Shown here: in pieces, positions 1 through 8,634 of the stretch
Position numbering within the stretch: position 1 is the stretch's first letter
Layout: every line of letters begins with the position of its first letter
Assembly: GCA_903839195.1 (NCBI GenBank)
Contig: CAIMBK010000070.1
Coordinates: 5,557-69,556 of the forward strand
Reading direction: 5' to 3'
Source of the DNA: an uncultured Bacteroidota bacterium
Lineage (GTDB): Bacteria; Bacteroidota; Bacteroidia; Flavobacteriales; Flavobacteriaceae
DNA length: 64,000 bases
Notes under the pieces: model-generated
The model's database searches: none
Seen by the model: the letters and a program-made list of their open reading frames with translations, nothing else
Told to the model about the DNA's origin: nothing
Position numbers and translations under genes: made by a program

Positions 1-965
1 TAACTAACAAAAATCAGCGTTACCAGCATTTGAATAATCGACCAATATTGCAATAATTTCGAGCTTTTTGTTCCGTATTTTTCAAAATCGTAAACGTTTT
101 TAATTTTATCTACGGGATATTTTTCTTCAAAATGATCAGGTCGCCAGCCCGTTGGTTGAAACCAAATGGTAAGTTTGTCTTTCCAGTTTTCGGCGCGCCA
201 CGCATCGGAAATTAACAAATTGAGATGTAGAAAATTAATCCGAATTGGATTCCAAGTTTTAGCAGGTCTCGTTATTCCGAAAACGGCAGGAACGCTTGCT
301 AATTCTTCTTGATACGTTCCAAATAATTTGTCCCAAAAAATAAAAATTTGCGAATGATTTTTGTCCATATATTCTGGATTTATCGCATGATGTACTCGAT
401 GATGAGAAGGCGTAACGAGAATTTTTTCCAGAAAACCCAATCGTTTGATATAACGCGTATGGTACCAAAATTGTAGAAATAGTTGAATAGGAAGCGTTAT
501 CACAATTACTTTTGTGGGAACCCCTATTAATGCTGCCGGAATTAATAAAAAAGTAAACAGATTCACAAAACTAGAAATGGATTGTCGTAACGCACAAGCC
601 AAATTGAATTCTTCGCTACTATGATGAATTGCATGTTTGTTCCAAAAAAAGTTAATTTGATGCGCCAATCGGTGAATCCAATAGCCATAAAAATCGATGC
701 AAATAAACGCGATAGCATAGGTTAAAATAGTGGCTTCAAGATGAAATAGCGCAATTTTAGACAATATCCAATCATAAGAAATAAAAGTGATACTAAGTCC
801 GAGAACATCTTTTACGGCGTTTGTAATTCCAGAACTGATGCTCGAAACGCTGTCCATAATTGGGGCAAAATTTTCGCCTTTAAAATAGCCATAAACTTTT
901 TCTATAATAATTAATAATAAAAAAAGAGGCATCGCGATCAATAAAATTTTGCCGTATTGTTCCAT
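1..965 (-). CDS. Sterol desaturase / fatty-acid hydroxylase family membrane protein (partial, C-terminus off left edge)
   Basis: Absent from the ORF track because there is no stop inside the window. My own translation from ATG at 965..963 gives MEQYGKILLIAMPLFLLLIIIEKVYGYFKGENF... and stays open to base 3. It has the histidine boxes HRLAH, HAIHHSSEE and HHRVHH. Confidence 0.8.
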   Translation of the reverse strand, partial: MEQYGKILLIAMPLFLLLIIIEKVYGYFKGENFAPIMDSVSSISSGITNAVKDVLGLSITFISYDWILSKIALFHLEATILTYAIAFICIDFYGYWIHRLAHQINFFWNKHAIHHSSEEFNLACALRQSISSFVNLFTFLLIPAALIGVPTKVIVITLPIQLFLQFWYHTRYIKRLGFLEKILVTPSHHRVHHAINPEYMDKNHSQIFIFWDKLFGTYQEELASVPAVFGITRPAKTWNPIRINFLHLNLLISDAWRAENWKDKLTIWFQPTGWRPDHFEEKYPVDKIKNVYDFEKYGTKSSKLLQYWSIIQMLVTLIFVS

Positions 966-977
966 TTTTTGCGTTTG

Positions 978-1253
978 TTAAATGATTTCAGCGCTCAAAC
1001 CTGCATCAAGAAGTTGCAGACATTGGGGAGTTAGTTCTTTTATTGACCCTGTTTTTACGGTACATTTTCCTTTGTAATGCACAATTAACGAACATTGTTC
1101 CGCTTGTTCAGGAGTGTGATTGCAAACGCGAATTAAAGTATCAATTACGTGGTCAAAAGTATTGACATCGTCGTTATACATTACAATTTCGTTATCAAAT
1201 GCAATTGCTTCTTTGGAAATGACTTTCTCTATAGTTTTTTCTCTAGTACTCAT
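978..1253 (-). CDS. clpS: ATP-dependent Clp protease adaptor ClpS
   Basis: 91 aa. The YNDDVNTFDHVIDTLIRVCNHTPEQAEQCSLIVHYKGKCTVKTG core is typical of ClpS. Confidence 0.9.
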   Translation of the reverse strand: MSTREKTIEKVISKEAIAFDNEIVMYNDDVNTFDHVIDTLIRVCNHTPEQAEQCSLIVHYKGKCTVKTGSIKELTPQCLQLLDAGLSAEII

Positions 1254-1278
1254 AGTTTTATCATTTAGAAATTCAAAA

Positions 1279-2112
1279 CTAATTTACATATTTTAAAGAT
1301 ACCCAATTGTTTCTTTCAAATTTTTTAACATAAGTCAATCCTTTTTCCACACAAGACGCATCGATAAAAGGAATGTCTTCCGTATAAAAACCGCTCAAAA
1401 GCAAGGTACCGCCCGGCAAAAGACAATCCACATAACTTTGCATATCATTCAACAAAATATTTCGGTTGATATTGGCAATGATAAGGTCGTATTTTTTTCC
1501 TGCTAATAAGGATGCATCGCCTTCATAAACAGTAATTTCGTTGCAATTATTTCGTTCTGCATTTTCAACCGAATTCAAATAACACCAATTATCAATATCA
1601 ATTGCGTCAATAGGTTTTGCGCCTTTCATTTCTGCTAAAATTGCTAAAATCGCGGTGCCACAACCCATATCCAAAGTTTTTTTTCCTTGAACGTCGATTT
1701 CTAATAAATGCTGAATCATCATGTGCGTCGTTTCGTGATGTCCGGTTCCGAAACTCATTTTTGGTTCGATAATAATATCAAATTGGGCTTCGGTTTTTGG
1801 ATGAAATGGCGCGCGAACATGACACAATCCATCTACATCAATGGGTTCAAAGTTTTTTTCCCATTCTTCATTCCAATTTACTTGCTCAATTTCTTCAACG
1901 TGATAGGAAATGACAAATTCTGGCGAAGTCAATATAAATAGGTCTTCCAATATATTTTCGGTCCAAAATTGCTTTTGTATATAGGCAATTACGCCAAATT
2001 CACTTTCAATGAAACTCTCAAAAGGCAATTCGCCTAATTCGGCTACTAATATTTCAGATCCTAATTCTTTTGGTTCTACCTGAAAATGGTAGCCTAAATA
2101 TATGTTTGACAT
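1279..2112 (-). CDS. prmA: Ribosomal protein L11 methyltransferase
   Basis: 277 aa. It has the SAM-binding motif LDMGCGTAILAILAEMKGA, and FGTGHHETTHMM is typical of PrmA. Confidence 0.9.
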   Translation of the reverse strand: MSNIYLGYHFQVEPKELGSEILVAELGELPFESFIESEFGVIAYIQKQFWTENILEDLFILTSPEFVISYHVEEIEQVNWNEEWEKNFEPIDVDGLCHVRAPFHPKTEAQFDIIIEPKMSFGTGHHETTHMMIQHLLEIDVQGKKTLDMGCGTAILAILAEMKGAKPIDAIDIDNWCYLNSVENAERNNCNEITVYEGDASLLAGKKYDLIIANINRNILLNDMQSYVDCLLPGGTLLLSGFYTEDIPFIDASCVEKGLTYVKKFERNNWVSLKYVN

Positions 2113-2130
2113 ACAATTGTTTTTTTCGAT

Positions 2131-2883
2131 TTAAATCCCGTTGATTATTCCAAGAAAATCAGCTGCTTTCAGCGCCGCTCCTCCAATTAATCCTCCGTCA
2201 ACATCGGGTTTTGAGAAAATTTCTTTGGCATTTTCTGGTTTAACACTTCCGCCATAAAGGATGGAAACATTTTCGGCAATCGGGTTTCCGTATTTATTAA
2301 AAATCGTACTTCTAATAAATTCGTGCATTTCTTGTGCTTGTTCTGGACTAGCGGTTTCGCCAGTTCCAATGGCCCAAACTGGTTCGTAAGCCAAAACAAT
2401 ATTTTGCCATGAATGGGCTTCCAAATGAAACAATCCGTCGCGCAATTGGGTTTCAACAAGTGCGAAATGGTTGTTGGCTTGTCGGTCTTTCAATTCTTCG
2501 CCAAAGCAAAAAATCACTTGCATATCATGTTTCAAAGCGGTATTTACTTTGGAAGCCAATAAGGTATCACTTTCGTGAAAATAAGCCCGACGTTCGGAAT
2601 GACCAAGAATAACGGTATTTACGCCAATACTTTTTAGCATATCTGCCGAAATTTCGCCCGTAAATGCGCCATTTTCGGCTTGATGCATGTTTTGTGCCGC
2701 CACTTCAATAGGCGTAAATTCCAGATGGTCAACTGCGGAAGCCAAATTGACAAAGGTGGGTGCTACGATAATTTCGCAATCCAAATCGTTTGGAAGTAAG
2801 GCGATTAATTCATTCAATAAATCTTCCGATTCTTCGGCATTTTTGTTCATTTTCCAGTTTCCTGCAACAATTTTACGTCTCAT
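2131..2883 (-). CDS. tpiA: Triosephosphate isomerase
   Basis: 250 aa with AGNWKMN, ILGHSERR, AYEPVWAIGTG and GGLIGGAALK motifs. Confidence 0.95.
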   Translation of the reverse strand: MRRKIVAGNWKMNKNAEESEDLLNELIALLPNDLDCEIIVAPTFVNLASAVDHLEFTPIEVAAQNMHQAENGAFTGEISADMLKSIGVNTVILGHSERRAYFHESDTLLASKVNTALKHDMQVIFCFGEELKDRQANNHFALVETQLRDGLFHLEAHSWQNIVLAYEPVWAIGTGETASPEQAQEMHEFIRSTIFNKYGNPIAENVSILYGGSVKPENAKEIFSKPDVDGGLIGGAALKAADFLGIINGI

Positions 2884-3377
2884 TATTTGGTATTTTTTAG
2901 GGTATAATTTATTTGTTCAAAATCGGTTTCTATGGCACGGTATATAATGATTTTTCCTGTTTTGTCAAGGATAATATATCTCGGAATCCAATCCAAATCA
3001 AGGGCTTTACCGAAGGCGCCTTTCATACCGTCGTTGGCAAGAAAATGGGTGCCTCTCATTTTGTGTTTTTCAATGCCTTCTTTCCATTTCTCAACGGTTT
3101 TGTCCATCGAAATAAATACATAATTCACATTTGGGTTTTGCGCTTGTAGGGCTTTTATTTTTGGCATCGCTTTCACACAATCTCCGCACCAAGAAGCCCA
3201 AACTTCTATAACCAAGGTTTGCCCTTTGTATTTTTCTAAAATGGATTTAAATTCGATTGAATTTCCATCTAATGCTACTAATTTTTCGGATAATGCCTCT
3301 GTTGAAAATTCCTTTTTTTGGGCATTGGAACAAGCAAAAGCAGAAATGGCTAATAATAATGTGGTTATTTTTTTCAT
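2883..3377 (-). CDS. TlpA-like thioredoxin-fold lipoprotein (thiol:disulfide oxidoreductase)
   Basis: 164 aa with a lipoprotein signal (LLAISAFACSN) and a WASWCGDC redox motif. Confidence 0.8.
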   Translation of the reverse strand: MKKITTLLLAISAFACSNAQKKEFSTEALSEKLVALDGNSIEFKSILEKYKGQTLVIEVWASWCGDCVKAMPKIKALQAQNPNVNYVFISMDKTVEKWKEGIEKHKMRGTHFLANDGMKGAFGKALDLDWIPRYIILDKTGKIIIYRAIETDFEQINYTLKNTK

Positions 3378-3555
3378 TTTTTTTGAGTTTATATTAAAAA
3401 TAAATCGTTGGATACAAATGTAAAGGTAATCCTTGAGTTTTTTATTTTAAATTAAATTATTTTACAACCTACTTCAATAATTTTGGAATCATTGTTTTAT
3501 CATAATTTTTAGCTGTTTCAACGGCATAAAACGGTGTTGACCACGTCCCGAAGTG

Positions 3556-3807
3556 CATTAACGGGGTCTTGAACCCTATAAACGGGGTTCTGAAGTCCTC
3601 CGTTGGGGTTCCGAACCCCGATTTTGACCTCTGGAACACCAATTTTGAGGTTGAAGACCGCAAATTTGGGGTCTGGAACCCCAATTTTGGGTTAGATAAC
3701 CGCAACGGAGGGGTTCAGGACACCAAAAATGGACTAACGAACCGCAAAATACCATTTGAGAACCACAACAGAGGGGTTTGGAAGCGCAAAATAATGAAAA
3801 TACAGGG
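3556..3807. repeat. Degenerate 21-bp tandem repeat array, about 12 units, consensus CAAaTTTGGGGTTCnGAACCC
   Basis: A manual in-phase alignment finds units starting at 3556, 3577, 3598, 3619, 3640, 3661, 3682, 3703, 3724, 3745, 3766 and 3787. The region is locally GC-richer than its surroundings. It lies in the 488-bp divergent intergenic region between 3377 (-) and 3866 (+). Confidence 0.85.
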
Positions 3808-3865
3808 CAACAGAAAACTGTAACAAAGAGTAGGTGTAAAAATAGTAACTAAAAAAAAACAAGAT

Positions 3866-4060
3866 ATGATTAATAAAGAAAGTTTAAAAGCCGGGCTAAT
3901 TGGAGGAATTGGCGGTTTAGTGGTATCAATGGTAATTAATTATTTTATTTTACCTATGCCTGAAACGGTATTGGCAAACGCATTAGGAAATGGAATTAGT
4001 GGTTTAATGAGTGGTTTTATGGGTGGTTTCCTTGCCATTAAAAAAACAAATGACAAATGA
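3866..4060 (+). CDS. Small glycine-zipper membrane protein (hypothetical)
   Basis: 64 aa with two hydrophobic GxxxG-rich segments (GLIGGIGGLVVS, GISGLMSGFMGGFLA). It has an ATG start, and its stop overlaps the next gene's start (ATGA at 4057-4060). Confidence 0.5.
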   Translation: MINKESLKAGLIGGIGGLVVSMVINYFILPMPETVLANALGNGISGLMSGFMGGFLAIKKTNDK

Positions 4061-5304
4061 AAAAAATAGTTATTCTTTTATTTCTTACATCGGTAAGTTA
4101 TGCACAAACTAAAAAATGCGGTACTACAGCGTTTATGGCAGAAAAACTTAAAGATAGCCACTTTTCAAAAAACTATTACCAATTCCAAAATGAGTTTAAT
4201 GCTGCGTTTAATTCCAATAAAACTGCCAAAAACAATAATTCATTACTTGTAGTTCCGGTTGCTTTTCATTATCCAACAGGCAATGAATCCGATAGAGAAT
4301 GCCTAATATCGCTTGCGCAAGAACAACTCAATATTTTAAACAATGATTTTAATGCTACTAACAGCGATTTAAATCTTTGGTTTGAACAAGCCGCTCCGTT
4401 TTATCCGGGAGTTCAACCAGGCTCTCTAGATGTTTATTTTTGTTTGGCTACTCAAAACCATCCCCTCAATATTGACCCAGAGTTACTCGAGGGTCAGCCC
4501 GCAGTAACAATTGGCTATGAATTTGGAGGTACCCTTGGGGTAATCAGTGATGTTAATTGGGCTGGTTATCTTAATATTGTGGTAGGCCATGGTGATTTTC
4601 CAGCAGGATATTCTTATATAGCTGCTAACCCAAATAATGGTGATGCTGTCTTTATAAGTAATGCTTTTATTGGTTCAGGAACAACTTGTGGTATTGCACC
4701 AAATAATTTTAGTGATTCCTCAGACTTTGGGAGAGTTGCCACTCATGAAATTGGACATTATTTTAACCTTTTTCATCCCTTTGCTGATTGTACTTGTGAT
4801 GCGTCAAGCACCGATTTTGTTGACGATACCCCACAATCTAATTGTACCTCGGGTTGGGACCCACCATTTGGTAGTGTTCCTGGGTGTAACCCTCCCGAAA
4901 AAGTGTTGACTATGGATTATATGGATTACCAACCAGGTTATGCACAGTTTCTTTTTACTGAAGGGCAAATGTATCGATCCAGAACTCGACTAGAATCTAT
5001 TTTTGATCAATATAAAATAGATTTTGGCAGCTGTAGCACTTTGAATTCGACACAAAATGAGTTGCAATCACTCCTGCTTTATCCTAATCCTTCCAGAGGG
5101 ATAATCAATCTGAAATTCAATACTGAAAAATTCAATACTACCGAAATAGTGATTTTTAATACTATTGGACAAGTGGTTTATGAAAACAACATCCTAATCA
5201 GCAATGAGTTTGCTATTGATATATCAAACCTTCCTGCTGGGCATTATTTTATGAAAGTAAAAAATGGCGAAGAGGTTTATAACCATAAAATCATTAAAAA
5301 CTAA
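4057..5304 (+). CDS. Secreted M43-family (pappalysin/cytophagalysin-like) zinc metalloprotease with T9SS C-terminal sorting domain
   Basis: 415 aa with a signal peptide and the metzincin motif HEIGHYFNLFH. The C-terminal LLLYPNPSRGIINLKF...GHYFMKVKNGEEVYNHKIIK resembles a Por secretion tail. Confidence 0.8.
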   Translation: MKKIVILLFLTSVSYAQTKKCGTTAFMAEKLKDSHFSKNYYQFQNEFNAAFNSNKTAKNNNSLLVVPVAFHYPTGNESDRECLISLAQEQLNILNNDFNATNSDLNLWFEQAAPFYPGVQPGSLDVYFCLATQNHPLNIDPELLEGQPAVTIGYEFGGTLGVISDVNWAGYLNIVVGHGDFPAGYSYIAANPNNGDAVFISNAFIGSGTTCGIAPNNFSDSSDFGRVATHEIGHYFNLFHPFADCTCDASSTDFVDDTPQSNCTSGWDPPFGSVPGCNPPEKVLTMDYMDYQPGYAQFLFTEGQMYRSRTRLESIFDQYKIDFGSCSTLNSTQNELQSLLLYPNPSRGIINLKFNTEKFNTTEIVIFNTIGQVVYENNILISNEFAIDISNLPAGHYFMKVKNGEEVYNHKIIKN

Positions 5305-5334
5305 TGAAAACGTTTCAATACATAGCCCCCGCTG

Positions 5335-5355
5335 CCGCGCGAATCTTTCGCGTGG
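5335..5355 (+). terminator. GC-rich stem-loop downstream of the M43 protease gene (possible terminator or REP-like hairpin)
   Basis: ccgcgcgaa-tct-ttcgcgtgg forms a 9-bp stem with one mismatch. No clear downstream T-run follows. Confidence 0.35.
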
Positions 5356-5462
5356 TATAAAAAAAGCGCTGGACTTTCTTTTCAAAACTAGGATTCATGC
5401 AATAACAGTGTCGTTTTATAAAAAATAGTATATTTGATACCAAACAAAATAAATGCGATGCC

Positions 5463-7535
5463 ATGAAAAAAATTACTTTACTTCTGTTACTGGTACTTCC
5501 GCTTTTCCTGTTTGCCCAATCTTTTTCAGGAACCACGGGTGCTATTACCGATGACAATCAGGCCAATGAATATTCGGCCGTAGTGAGTAATTTGGCCGCA
5601 ACCAGTTTAAATGCTAATTTGGGTTTAGTCACCGTTTGCCTGGATATTACCCACACCTATGACTCGGATTTAGTAATAAAATTAGTTTCCCCCAACGGAA
5701 CGATGATCACACTTTTTTCAGGAATTGGCGGCGATGGTGATGATTTTACCAACACCTGTTTAAGCCAATCGTCAACTACTAGTATTTCATCTGAAATCGC
5801 GCCATTTACAGGGGTTTTCAGTCCGCAAGAATCCCTTGCCAATATGAATAATAATCAAAACGGAAACGGGGTTTGGAAATTAGTGATTGTTGACACCTAT
5901 GGGCAAGACGCTGGATTTTTAAACAGTTGGAGTCTCGAATTTGCTTCGGGTGCAAGTGTTCCAATCGTTTTTTCGGAATCCAATTTACCAATTGTTGTAA
6001 TCAACACCAACGGGCAAACCATTGTAGACGAACCTTCCATATCGGCCGATATGAAAATTATAGACAACGGCCCCGGAATACTAAACCATATTTCAGACGT
6101 TGCCAATAATTATAACGGAAAAATCACCATAGAATATCGCGGTGCCTATTCGCAATCATTGCCTCAAAAACCTTATAAAATTGAAACCAAAGATGCTCTT
6201 AATGTCGATTTGAATGTTTCGGTTTTAGGAATGCCCGCCGAACATGATTGGGTGCTTGTTGCCAATTATAACGATAAATCATTTGTTAGAAATACGTTGG
6301 CCTATAAATTGTTTGCCGAAATGGGGTATTATTCGGCAAGAAGTAAATACTGTGAAGTTGTGGTAAATGGCGTTTATCAAGGGATTTATTTGTTTATGGA
6401 AAAATTGAAACGCGATTCCAATCGAATAGCTATTGCCAAATTATTGCCCAACGAAAATACCGGAATCGATTTGACTGGTGGCTACATCATAAAAACCGAT
6501 TATTGGGATGATTCGAACAGTTGGATATTAAATTACCACCCCTTGGATCACCCTGATTTTGATATTCGATTGGTATATGAATATCCAAAACCTTTAGACA
6601 TTACGGCGCCACAAAAAACGTATATTCAAACCTTTGTCAATGATTTAGAAACCGCATTATACAGCCCGAATTTCACCGACCCAATTAATGGTTATCAGAA
6701 ATATTTAGACACCGATTCGTTCATTGATTATTTTATTATCAATGAGTTGTCCCGAAATAATGATGGTTTCAAGAAAAGTTGCTATTTCAATAAAGACAAA
6801 GATGGTTTAACCGCAAACGCCAAACTGAAGGCAGGACCGGTTTGGGATTTTGATTGGGCTTGGAAAAACTTGTGGGGTTGTTTCATATTTGAAAACACCG
6901 ATGGTTCGGGTTGGGCGCATAATGTGAATGATTGTTTTGGGGATAATTATTCAACAGGTTGGTATTATAGATTGTTGCAAGATGTTGCTTTCCAGAACAA
7001 ATTACGTTGCCGCTGGAACTACTTCCGAACTTCTATTTTGAGCAATTCCGTTATTAATTCCTATATCGATGAAACTGCTTCGTTTTTGAATCAGGCACAA
7101 GTGAGACATTATGAAAAATGGCCCATATTAGGCAATCCCAATTCAGGCGCGTCCGAAGTGGATAATGACCCAGCAACGTATGCTGGACAAATTCAAAAAC
7201 TAAAAGATTGGATTTCGCTGCGGACAACTTGGTTGGATGCGAATATGCCAGGCGATGGAACTAATTGTAGTTTAACTACTGCAAATGCGACTATGAAGCA
7301 CTTCCAATTGGCGCCTAATCCAGCAAAAGATTTTATTCAAATAAGCAATTCGAATTCCGAGTTGATTCAATCCGTTAAAATTTATGATACCACTGGAAAA
7401 GTCATCTATTTGGCGGAAATAAATGAAAATACCACAACAATCAACGTTTCTGGTTTTGCTAATGGAATCTACAATTGCAAAATCAATTATGGTTCGAATA
7501 AACAAGAAGTGTCTCGTTTAGTGGTTTTGCATTAA
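5463..7535 (+). CDS. Secreted proprotein-convertase P-domain / CotH kinase-family protein with T9SS C-terminal sorting domain
   Basis: 690 aa with a signal peptide. The N-terminal region is P-domain-like (THTYDSDLVIKLVSPNGTMITLF...GVWKLVIVDTYGQDAGFLNSWSLEF). The central region is CotH-like (YCEVVVNGVYQGIYLFMEKLKRD, DYFIINELSRNNDGFKKSCYF). The C-terminal tail is FQLAPNPAKDFIQISN...GIYNCKINYGSNKQEVSRLVV. Confidence 0.8.
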   Translation: MKKITLLLLLVLPLFLFAQSFSGTTGAITDDNQANEYSAVVSNLAATSLNANLGLVTVCLDITHTYDSDLVIKLVSPNGTMITLFSGIGGDGDDFTNTCLSQSSTTSISSEIAPFTGVFSPQESLANMNNNQNGNGVWKLVIVDTYGQDAGFLNSWSLEFASGASVPIVFSESNLPIVVINTNGQTIVDEPSISADMKIIDNGPGILNHISDVANNYNGKITIEYRGAYSQSLPQKPYKIETKDALNVDLNVSVLGMPAEHDWVLVANYNDKSFVRNTLAYKLFAEMGYYSARSKYCEVVVNGVYQGIYLFMEKLKRDSNRIAIAKLLPNENTGIDLTGGYIIKTDYWDDSNSWILNYHPLDHPDFDIRLVYEYPKPLDITAPQKTYIQTFVNDLETALYSPNFTDPINGYQKYLDTDSFIDYFIINELSRNNDGFKKSCYFNKDKDGLTANAKLKAGPVWDFDWAWKNLWGCFIFENTDGSGWAHNVNDCFGDNYSTGWYYRLLQDVAFQNKLRCRWNYFRTSILSNSVINSYIDETASFLNQAQVRHYEKWPILGNPNSGASEVDNDPATYAGQIQKLKDWISLRTTWLDANMPGDGTNCSLTTANATMKHFQLAPNPAKDFIQISNSNSELIQSVKIYDTTGKVIYLAEINENTTTINVSGFANGIYNCKINYGSNKQEVSRLVVLH

Positions 7536-7537
7536 GC

Positions 7538-8620
7538 TTATTTTTTTAACTCAGAAAAGGGTTTTTGAATTAAAGCTTTGAAGTCGTCTTTGTTGAATTT
7601 ATTATTTTCGATGCCATAATAAAACACATATTCATTTCCGTTCCAAAGGTATTTAACGCCAGGAGTACTTTTGCCCATTCCTATCACTTTATAGAAAGGA
7701 ATAATTTCTAAAATTTTATAAGGATATTCGGCGCCCGCAATCTTAAAGAAACTCGGAATCAAATCAATCTCTTCGTTCATGAAAATAATGTTGATTTCAG
7801 GAAAATTTTTCACTTGTTGTTTCATTTCCGTCAATTCTTTGGCCACGCCTTGACAATGGTCACAGCCAGGAGCAAAGAAACAAAGGATTTTTTTACCAGA
7901 ATCAATAGTAGAAAAATAAGGTGCAAAACCAGATTTGTGCTTTGCTGGTTCGGTTTTAATTGTTGCTTTTAATTCAGATACTTTTTCAGGTTGGATTGTA
8001 TCGGTTTTCATCACTTTTGCAATCGTATCCGTTGCTGCAGGAAGTAAATTTTCAATAGGAGATGTTTTTGGTTCTAAAGGAATTGTTGCGCTCACAGGTT
8101 GCATTGGCGCAAGCATAAACAAAGCCAAAATAGCAGCAAAAGTAACGCTCGAAATTACCCAAAAATTTTGATTAGTTTCTTTTTTCTTAGGTAAAATAGT
8201 AATCAAATACGTCAATAAAGCCAATGCTGCAAGATTTTTAAGTATCGCCTGAATAGGTGTCATGGGTAACAAACTTCCGAAACAGCCACAATTGCCATCG
8301 TTTCCGCCATTTTGAATGGTTTCAATGGTCAAATGCGTCGTAAAAACTACCAACATGAACATGGTTCCAGGAATGACAAGTCTTTTTAAGAAGTTGGGTT
8401 GCATAATTAAGATGCCCAAAGCCAATTCAATTCCAATTAAAATTCTCGAAAAATAAGGAGCAAATTCCTCCGAAAATCCCATCGGATACAATTGATTAAA
8501 CTCAAAAGTTGATATAGCGAAATACGGTGATGGATATAATTTAGCTACCGCCGAAAGTAAAAATAAGAATGAAATTACTGAACGAATGGTCCAAGGGGAA
8601 TATTTTTTTATACCTTCCAT
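7538..8620 (-). CDS. MauE/DoxX-like membrane domain fused to a thioredoxin-like domain
   Basis: 360 aa. The N-terminal multi-TM region carries NCGCFG (typical of MauE/DoxX). A Pro/Thr/Lys-rich linker follows, then a C-terminal thioredoxin-like region with CFFAPGCDHC. Confidence 0.7.
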   Translation of the reverse strand: MEGIKKYSPWTIRSVISFLFLLSAVAKLYPSPYFAISTFEFNQLYPMGFSEEFAPYFSRILIGIELALGILIMQPNFLKRLVIPGTMFMLVVFTTHLTIETIQNGGNDGNCGCFGSLLPMTPIQAILKNLAALALLTYLITILPKKKETNQNFWVISSVTFAAILALFMLAPMQPVSATIPLEPKTSPIENLLPAATDTIAKVMKTDTIQPEKVSELKATIKTEPAKHKSGFAPYFSTIDSGKKILCFFAPGCDHCQGVAKELTEMKQQVKNFPEINIIFMNEEIDLIPSFFKIAGAEYPYKILEIIPFYKVIGMGKSTPGVKYLWNGNEYVFYYGIENNKFNKDDFKALIQKPFSELKK

Positions 8621-8634
8621 AAAACGTTTTTTTA

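Noticed and set aside
3556-3807. The 21-bp array as a CRISPR array or a replication origin / iteron cluster.
   Set aside because: The repeats are contiguous with no unique spacers, and no cas genes are present. I saw no DnaA-box (TTATCCACA-like) cluster, and no dnaA/dnaN or plasmid rep gene nearby.
3469-3823. The two ORF-track entries over the 21-bp array (3469..3705 minus, 3569..3823 plus) have striking heptad-like peptide periodicity (xTPxxxF and NxNFGVW).
   Set aside because: The periodicity follows automatically from a 21-bp DNA repeat (7 codons). Both ORFs start at TTG rather than ATG, both strands are open, and neither has a signal or known motif. I treat them as artefacts unless comparative data show purifying selection.
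3866-4060. The small Gly-rich peptide as a double-glycine-leader bacteriocin (MINKESLKAGLIGG).
   Set aside because: The putative leader is only 14 aa, and its conserved positions do not line up with the LSxxELxxIxGG consensus. There is no C39-peptidase ABC exporter or immunity gene adjacent.
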